Source: an uncultured Woeseiaceae bacterium (GTDB lineage Bacteria > Pseudomonadota > Gammaproteobacteria > Steroidobacterales > Woeseiaceae). From it: a stretch of 64,000 bases of DNA. Every line of letters starts with the position of its first letter. The first letter of the stretch is position 1. The stretch lies in contig CAMYOJ010000006.1 of assembly GCA_947259985.1 (NCBI GenBank), positions 342 through 64,341 on the forward strand, read 5' to 3'. Positions 58,040-64,000 of this stretch are shown here, in pieces. The notes under the pieces were generated by a model. The model had not been told where the DNA came from and searched no databases. It saw only the letters and a list, made by a program, of their open reading frames with translations. The position numbers and the translations under genes were made by a program.

Positions 58040-60078
58040 TGCAGGCCGGTAATCCCGCAGTACTCGGTGCCACGCCCGACGATTCCGGCACCAACTTCGC
58101 CATTTACTCGGCAGTCGCCGAGCGCGTTGAGCTATGTCTGTATGCCGAAGACGGGCAACACGTCAGTAATGTCGACCTCCCCGAGTGTGCGGACGGCGTC
58201 TGGCATGGCTACCTGCCGGGCTGTGCGCCGGGCCAGTACTACGGCTACCGTGTCCATGGCCCTTTCGACCCGTCGGACGGTCTGCGCTGTAACCCGGGCA
58301 AGCTGCTGCTCGACCCTTATGCTCGCGAAATCCGCGGCGAGTTTCGCTGGCATCCCGCCGTCTTCGATTACAGCGGCGACGAGATGGACGTCAACACTAA
58401 AGACAACGCGGCATACGTGCCGCGCTCCGTCGTGCGTGCCGCACACGCGGATAGTCTGCCGAGCGGCCCATACGTTCGCTGGGCGGACAGCGTGTTCTAC
58501 GAGTGCAATGTCCGCGGCTACACGATGCGCCATCCGGCGATCGAGGAAGCCGCTCGCGGCACCTTCGACGGCTTGCGCCACAAGGATGTGCTCGCGCACC
58601 TGAAGGCGCTCGGCGTCACGTCTGTCGAACTCATGCCCGTGCACACGTTCATTGACGAGCATCATCTCGCCGAGCGCGGTCTCAGGAACTTCTGGGGATA
58701 CAACTCCGTGGGCTTTTTCGCGCCCATGCAACGTTATTCGCGCGCCGATGCGGTCGGCGAGTTTCGCGAGATGGTACGCGCACTGCACGATGCCGGGCTC
58801 GAGGTGATCCTCGATGTGGCCTACAACCATACGGGCGAAGGCAACCGCTTCGGCCCGTCGCTCATGTTCCGTGGCATCGACAACCGAACGTATTACCGCA
58901 CAGAACCCCAGGACCACGGCACCTATATCAACGATACGGGCTGCGGCAATACGATCAATATCGACCATATCCGCGTTCGCCAGCTGATCCTCGACAGTCT
59001 CGACTATTGGGCCACGGACATGGGCGTCGACGGCTTTCGCTTCGACCTCGCCCCGATACTCGGTCGTCGCAGCGACGGGTTCTCGGCCACCCACCCACTG
59101 CTATCGGATATCAGTAACCTGGATAGCCTCGCGAATAAGAAGCTGATCGCGGAACCCTGGGACCCGGGCCCGGGAGGCTACCAGCTCGGTAACTTTCCGC
59201 CGCGCTGGGCCGAATGGAATGACAAGTACCGCGACAACGTGCGGCAATTCTGGCGCGGCGACGAGGACACCAGCGGCCTGCTGGCCACTCGACTGCATGG
59301 CTCGGCCGATATCTTCGAGGCCAGTCGACGACGTTCGCCGGCAAGCATCAACTTCATCGCCGTGCATGACGGATTCACATTGCGCGACACCGTCAGCTAC
59401 GAGCACAGGCACAACGAGGCCAATGGCGAAGACAATCGCGACGGACACGCGCACAACTACAGTCATAACCATGGGGTCGAGGGAGAAACCGACAACGAAG
59501 CCATTAACCGGCTAAGGCGCCAGCAGCGCCTGAACATGATGGCGACATTGCTGTTCTCCCAGGGCACACCGTTGATACTCGCCGGCGACGAGATCGGCCA
59601 CACGCAGGAAGGCAACAACAATGCCTATGCACAGGACAACGAGACAGGCTGGCTGGACTGGTCCGGACTCGACGACGACCCTGAATTTCTCGACGAAGTT
59701 CGCGAACTCGTCTGGCTGCGACGCGAGAACTCGCTGCTGCGCATAGAGGACTACGTGCATGGCTCGCTGGAGCGGGACGACAGCCTCGTCGAGATTCACT
59801 GGATCAACAAGGACGGTGAAATCAAGCAAAGCGAGGAATGGGCAAAGAGCCGCGCGTTTTCGGTATTGATCGAGGAGAAATTCGGCGACGGCGGGTACAG
59901 CGCGGTAGCGATATTCATCAACCGATACGACGAAACGACGCGCTTGCGGCTACCCGAGAATGTCGAGAAAGAAAGCTGGCATGTTGCCTTTTCGAGCTCT
60001 GCGGAGAGTGCCGCGATGCTCGACCGACGGTCAGTGGATGTTCCCGCACTATCGGTTGCGCTGCTCAGGACCGACTGA
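58039..60078 (+). CDS. glgX: Glycogen debranching enzyme
   Basis: The ATG at 58039 overlaps the glgP stop (TGATG). The protein is about 679 aa and colinear with E. coli GlgX (VELCLY, YGYRVHGP, WGYN, DVAYNHT, GFRFDLA, AEPWD, HDGFTLRD, GNNNAYAQDN). Confidence 0.95.
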   Translation: MQAGNPAVLGATPDDSGTNFAIYSAVAERVELCLYAEDGQHVSNVDLPECADGVWHGYLPGCAPGQYYGYRVHGPFDPSDGLRCNPGKLLLDPYAREIRGEFRWHPAVFDYSGDEMDVNTKDNAAYVPRSVVRAAHADSLPSGPYVRWADSVFYECNVRGYTMRHPAIEEAARGTFDGLRHKDVLAHLKALGVTSVELMPVHTFIDEHHLAERGLRNFWGYNSVGFFAPMQRYSRADAVGEFREMVRALHDAGLEVILDVAYNHTGEGNRFGPSLMFRGIDNRTYYRTEPQDHGTYINDTGCGNTINIDHIRVRQLILDSLDYWATDMGVDGFRFDLAPILGRRSDGFSATHPLLSDISNLDSLANKKLIAEPWDPGPGGYQLGNFPPRWAEWNDKYRDNVRQFWRGDEDTSGLLATRLHGSADIFEASRRRSPASINFIAVHDGFTLRDTVSYEHRHNEANGEDNRDGHAHNYSHNHGVEGETDNEAINRLRRQQRLNMMATLLFSQGTPLILAGDEIGHTQEGNNNAYAQDNETGWLDWSGLDDDPEFLDEVRELVWLRRENSLLRIEDYVHGSLERDDSLVEIHWINKDGEIKQSEEWAKSRAFSVLIEEKFGDGGYSAVAIFINRYDETTRLRLPENVEKESWHVAFSSSAESAAMLDRRSVDVPALSVALLRTD

Positions 60079-60091
60079 TCAATCCTGCCAC

Positions 60092-60559
60092 TCAGACGGG
60101 CAGCGCCGTCGTGTACTTCACTCGCCTGAGGACGAAAGTCGAACTCGCAGAGCGCACGGCCACGTGCTTGAGAATCTCGCCATTGAGGAATTCGTTGTAA
60201 CTGTCCATGTCCCTGACGACAACGTGCAACACGTAATCGCGATCACCCGAGACCGAGAAACACTCGGTGACTTCGGGCAAGGTCGAGACGTGACGCTCGA
60301 AACTCTGGCGATTCTCATCGGTGTGTTCGGTCATTGCGACCAACAGCAGCACCTGGATATTGAAGCCCGCCACCTTCGGGTCAAGTAACGCAACCTGGCG
60401 TTCGATCAGGCCGGCGTCTTCGAAATCCCGAATCCGCCGCCAGCACGAAGTCCGCGACATCCCGACGACCTCGGCGAGATCGCTCTGGTTCTGGCTCGCA
60501 TCACGCTGCAGCTCATTGAGCAGGCGTCGATCCGTGGAGGTCAGTTTCATGTTGTGCAA
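60092..60559 (-). CDS. Lrp/AsnC family transcriptional regulator
   Basis: 155 aa. HTH segment LTSTDRRLLNELQRDASQNQSDLAEVVGMSRTSCWRRIRDFE. Divergent from hppD. Confidence 0.85.
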   Translation of the reverse strand: MHNMKLTSTDRRLLNELQRDASQNQSDLAEVVGMSRTSCWRRIRDFEDAGLIERQVALLDPKVAGFNIQVLLLVAMTEHTDENRQSFERHVSTLPEVTECFSVSGDRDYVLHVVVRDMDSYNEFLNGEILKHVAVRSASSTFVLRRVKYTTALPV

Positions 60560-60694
60560 TTTATCCTTAATCAGTCCCTATTTGCAATACTTGTTTCACT
60601 TTCTGTGAAATTCGGAACAAATTAGGACACTAATTCGCTGGGAAACGCGCATAATGTCGAAAAGATTTGTTTGACTCCGAGCGAGGACTCTCCC

Positions 60695-61774
60695 ATGCCC
60701 GACCTGTTCGAAAACCCCATGGGTCTCGACGGCTTCGAATTCGTCGAGTTCGCATCGCCTGACCCCGCCATTCTCGAGAACGCCTTCACGCTGCTGGGCT
60801 TCACCGAGGTAGCCCGCCATCGCTCCAAGAACGTGACGCTTTGGCGCCAGGGCGACATCAACTTCATCATTAACAACGAGCCGAACAGCCAGGCTTTTTA
60901 TTTTTCCCGCGAACACGGCCCCTGTGCCTGCGGCATGGCGTTTCGCGTCAAGGACGCGCACCACGCTTACTCTCGTGCTCTCGAACTGGGCGCACAACCT
61001 GTCGAGATCCCCACGGGACCAATGGAACTGCGGCTGCCGGCCATCAAGGGAATCGGCGGCGCAACCGTCTACCTGATTGATCGCTATGAACGCGGTTCGA
61101 CGATTTACGACATCGATTTCGACTTCATCGAAGGCGTCGACCGGCACCCGGAAGGCTGTGGTTTCGAAGAGATCGACCACCTGACGCACAATGTTTACCG
61201 CGGTCGCATGGAGTACTGGGCCGACTACTACGAGAAACTGTTCAACTTCCGTGAAATCCGCTACTTCGACATCAAGGGCGAGTACACGGGCCTGCTGTCC
61301 AAAGCCATGACTGCGCCGGATGGCAAGATCCGCATCCCGCTCAACGAGGAGGCGTCGAAAGGCACGGGGCAGATCGAGGAATACCTCATGGAGTTCAATG
61401 GCGAAGGCATTCAGCACATCGCCTTCAGCTGCGACGACCTGCTGGCGTGCTGGGACCGTTTAAAGAAACAGGGCATCGAGTTCATGACGGCGCCGCCGGC
61501 TGCCTACTACGAAATGCTCGAAGAACGGCTGCCCGGGCATGGCGAGCCTGTCGATGAACTGCAGTCGCGCGGCATTTTGCTCGACGGTACTACCGAGGGC
61601 GGCGAAGCGCGCTTGTTGCTGCAGATTTTTTCGGCGAACATGGTGGGGCCCACGTTTTTCGAGTTCATCCAGCGCAAGCAGGACGAGGGCTTCGGCGAGG
61701 GCAACTTCAAGGCCTTGTTCGAATCGATCGAGCGCGACCAGGTCGCCCGTGGCGTCGTCAGTGTCGACGCCTGA
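60695..61774 (+). CDS. hppD: 4-hydroxyphenylpyruvate dioxygenase
   Basis: The track ORF starts at TTG 60671; the ATG at 60695 gives [24 protein letters not shown]... (359 aa). Motifs are [15 protein letters not shown] and [26 protein letters not shown]. Confidence 0.9.
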   Translation: MPDLFENPMGLDGFEFVEFASPDPAILENAFTLLGFTEVARHRSKNVTLWRQGDINFIINNEPNSQAFYFSREHGPCACGMAFRVKDAHHAYSRALELGAQPVEIPTGPMELRLPAIKGIGGATVYLIDRYERGSTIYDIDFDFIEGVDRHPEGCGFEEIDHLTHNVYRGRMEYWADYYEKLFNFREIRYFDIKGEYTGLLSKAMTAPDGKIRIPLNEEASKGTGQIEEYLMEFNGEGIQHIAFSCDDLLACWDRLKKQGIEFMTAPPAAYYEMLEERLPGHGEPVDELQSRGILLDGTTEGGEARLLLQIFSANMVGPTFFEFIQRKQDEGFGEGNFKALFESIERDQVARGVVSVDA

Positions 61775-61786
61775 CAGGAGCGAAAC

Positions 61787-62329
61787 ATGAACCTCAAACG
61801 AATCCACCACGTCGCCTACCGCTGCAAGGACGCGAAAGAAACGGTCGAGTTCTACCAGCGTGTCCTCAACATGGAATTCACGGTTGCGTTTGCCGAGGAC
61901 CAGGTGCCGTCGACCAAGGAACCCGATCCTTACATGCACGTGTTCCTCGACTGCGGCATGGGCAACGTGCTGGCGTTTTTCGAGCTGCCGACGCAGCCCG
62001 ACATGGACCGCGACCGCAACACGCCGCAATGGGTGCAACATATCGCATTCGAGGTCGAAGACTACGACGCATTGCTTGCGGCCAGGGAACACGTGGAGGC
62101 CGAGGGCATCGACGTGATCGGGCCGACCAACCACGGTATCTTCCAGTCCATCTATTTCTTCGATCCGAACGGCCACCGGCTCGAGCTTGTGGCGAACACG
62201 CAGACCCAGGAACAGATCGACGAACTCAAACGCGTCGCTCCGGCCATGCTCGAGGAATGGAGCCAGACGAAAAAAGCGCCGCGCCACGCCGCGTGGCTGC
62301 ACGAACTCGAATTCAGAGGCGATCAATAA
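61787..62329 (+). CDS. VOC (glyoxalase/extradiol dioxygenase) superfamily protein
   Basis: 180 aa. Candidate metal ligands lie in RIHHVAYRC, VQHIAFEVED and GHRLELV. Its stop overlaps the next gene's start (TAATG). Confidence 0.75.
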   Translation: MNLKRIHHVAYRCKDAKETVEFYQRVLNMEFTVAFAEDQVPSTKEPDPYMHVFLDCGMGNVLAFFELPTQPDMDRDRNTPQWVQHIAFEVEDYDALLAAREHVEAEGIDVIGPTNHGIFQSIYFFDPNGHRLELVANTQTQEQIDELKRVAPAMLEEWSQTKKAPRHAAWLHELEFRGDQ

Positions 62330-63333
62330 TGAAGCTTGCATCCCTAAAAGAGGGCCGCGACGGCCTTCTCGTCGTTGTGTCCAGAGATCTCACGCGCTAC
62401 CTGCCGGCAACGGATGTCGCCGCTACGATGCAGGCGGCGCTCGATAACTGGGCAACTGCGAAACCGGCACTCGAGATGCTCGCGAAGCGACTCGATGCCG
62501 GCGAAGGCGAAGCATTCAACGAAGCAGCCTGTGCATCGCCGCTGCCGCGCGCCTACCAGTGGGCGGACGGTTCGGCCTATGTCAATCACGTCGAGCTGGT
62601 TCGCAAGGCGCGCGGTGCCGAGATGCCTGCGACCTTCTGGACCGACCCGCTGATGTACCAGGGCGGCTCCGACTCGTTCCTCGGCCCGCGCGACGCAATC
62701 CCGATGGCCGACGAAGCCTGGGGCATCGACTTCGAGGCCGAGATCGTGGTCGTCACGGACGATGTGCCGATGGGCGTGTCTGCGGCAGATGCCGCTACAC
62801 ATATCCAGCTCATCATGCTGGTCAATGACGTTTCACTCAGAAACCTGATCCCCGGCGAACTGGCGAAAGGCTTCGGTTTTTTCCAGTCGAAACCATCGAG
62901 TGCGTTTTCGCCCGTGGCGATCACGCCGGACGAGCTCGGTGCCGTGTGGGAGGACAGCAAGGTACATCTGCCGCTGATGTCGTTCCTTAATGAAAGCCTT
63001 TTCGGGCATCCCGATGCGGGTGTCGATATGACTTTCAACTTCGGGCAGCTCGTAGCACACGCGGCGAAATCGCGGCCTCTTTGCGCCGGCACGCTGATTG
63101 GCTCCGGCACCGTGTCGAACAAACTCGATGATGGTCCCGGCAAACCTGTCGAGGAAGGCGGCGTTGGCTATTCCTGCATCGCCGAAATGCGTACGATAGA
63201 AACTATCCAGAACGGCAAACCATCAACTTCATTCATGCAGTTCGGCGATCGTATTCGTATTGAAATGCGTGATTCGGACGGTCAGTCGATTTTCGGTACG
63301 ATCGACCAGGTCGTTGAAAAATACAAAGCCTGA
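62329..63333 (+). CDS. Fumarylacetoacetate hydrolase (FAH) superfamily protein, short (about 334 aa) type
   Basis: The track ORF (62029..) has a 100-aa Arg-rich extension that overlaps the VOC gene. The ATG at 62329 gives MKLASLKEGRDGLLVVVSRD.... The FAH-fold C-terminal domain includes GIDFEAEIVVV, NDVSLRNL and GTLIGSGTVSN. Confidence 0.8.
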   Translation: MKLASLKEGRDGLLVVVSRDLTRYLPATDVAATMQAALDNWATAKPALEMLAKRLDAGEGEAFNEAACASPLPRAYQWADGSAYVNHVELVRKARGAEMPATFWTDPLMYQGGSDSFLGPRDAIPMADEAWGIDFEAEIVVVTDDVPMGVSAADAATHIQLIMLVNDVSLRNLIPGELAKGFGFFQSKPSSAFSPVAITPDELGAVWEDSKVHLPLMSFLNESLFGHPDAGVDMTFNFGQLVAHAAKSRPLCAGTLIGSGTVSNKLDDGPGKPVEEGGVGYSCIAEMRTIETIQNGKPSTSFMQFGDRIRIEMRDSDGQSIFGTIDQVVEKYKA

Positions 63334-63966
63334 ATGGCGATCAAACTCTACAGTTACTGGCGATCTTCTTCGGCCTATCGCGTCAGGATCGCGCTGAATC
63401 TGAAAGATCTCGACTACGAGATTATCCCCGTGTCCCTGGCCCCCGGCGTTTCGGAGCACCAGAAGGACGAATACCGAAGCATCAATCCGCAGATGCTCGT
63501 GCCATTTCTCGACGACGGTGAAGTCGCCATTGGCCAGTCGATGGCTATCCTCGAGTACCTCGAGGAGACTTACCCCCGGACACCGTTGCTTCCTGCGGAT
63601 GAACCGATGCGCAGCCGCGTTCGGGCATTTTGCAACATGATTGCCTGCGACATTCAGCCCCTCAACAACCTGCGCGTAATGCAATTCATCAAGACAGAGT
63701 TCGACGCGGACGCATCGGGCGACTGGTATTCACACTGGATTCACGAGGGATTCCGTGCCGCCGAAGCACTGGCAGGTGATGGCCCTTACGTGTTTGGTGA
63801 CGCGCCGACGCTCGCCGACGCAATGCTCGTGCCGCAGGTCTACAACGCGCGGCGATTCAATGTGCCGCTCGGGGATTTTCCAAAGCTGCTTGCTGCTACC
63901 GATGCGTGCAATGAACTCGACGCGTTCAAAAAAGCAGCGCCCGAACAACAGCCGGACGCCGCTTGA
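63334..63966 (+). CDS. maiA: Maleylacetoacetate isomerase (GST zeta class)
   Basis: 210 aa. KLYSYWRSSSAYRVRIALNLK is the zeta-class SSxxxRVRIAL motif. It starts immediately after the FAH gene stop. Confidence 0.9.
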   Translation: MAIKLYSYWRSSSAYRVRIALNLKDLDYEIIPVSLAPGVSEHQKDEYRSINPQMLVPFLDDGEVAIGQSMAILEYLEETYPRTPLLPADEPMRSRVRAFCNMIACDIQPLNNLRVMQFIKTEFDADASGDWYSHWIHEGFRAAEALAGDGPYVFGDAPTLADAMLVPQVYNARRFNVPLGDFPKLLAATDACNELDAFKKAAPEQQPDAA

Positions 63967-64000
63967 TCCTTAATCCGTTCTATTGATTCGCGAACAGGCT

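Noticed and set aside
62029-62328. N-terminal extensions in the ORF track, here a 100-aa extension of the FAH gene; similar extensions at 8530, 22484, 32286, 32989, 40087, 48932, 4697, 5275 and 21064
   Set aside because: The extensions are Arg/Gly-rich, overlap the upstream gene, and precede internal ATGs that give family-typical N-termini. Those internal starts often have an SD sequence or an ATGA/TAATG coupling overlap, so I trimmed the starts.

Overview
This 64 kb window is high-GC and gene-dense. It looks like chromosomal DNA from a (probably marine) gammaproteobacterium, but that taxon call is only an inference from gene content. I call about 48 protein-coding genes. I saw no rRNA, tRNA, CRISPR array, IS element, integrase or phage gene. 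All family assignments rest on motifs I recognise in the translations; no search was run.

Gene blocks, in order:
1. TauE-like exporter, fghA, fabA-fabB.
2. Phenylacetyl-CoA oxygenase cluster paaABCDE-paaI-paaX, with divergent paaZ.
3. Monomeric NADP isocitrate dehydrogenase.
4. Lrp regulator plus a fused indolepyruvate:ferredoxin oxidoreductase.
5. Membrane transporters and an MBL hydrolase.
6. A small stress-type cluster: secreted Arg/Asp 11-mer repeat protein, YegP, dodecin, OmpA with TSP3 repeats.
7. An operon of a CHASE4-like histidine kinase, a REC protein and a REC-GGDEF-EAL protein.
8. Entner-Doudoroff operon zwf-pgl-edd-glk with divergent hexR and two recognisable HexR boxes.
9. An alpha-glucan TonB-dependent utilisation locus: LacI regulator, MFS, GH97, a 1401-aa GH31-GH13 fusion, a halogenase-like flavoprotein, a TBDR and malQ.
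10. Glycogen operon glgC-glgA-glgB-glgP-glgX.
11. Lrp regulator plus hppD-VOC-FAH-maiA (tyrosine catabolism without a canonical hmgA in the window).

I did not find a convincing new multi-gene system such as a defence island. The observations most worth a second look are:
- Several independent lesions in malQ, glgA and glgB, while glgC, glgP and glgX look intact.
- The GH31-GH13 fusion, whose junction still carries a Shine-Dalgarno sequence plus an ATG.
- A catalytically intact-looking halogenase gene inside the starch locus.
- A 14-nt motif, TGCAWACGTATTCA, present three times and only in the two divergent promoter regions of that locus.
- The non-canonical homogentisate cluster.
- The secreted 11-mer repeat protein.
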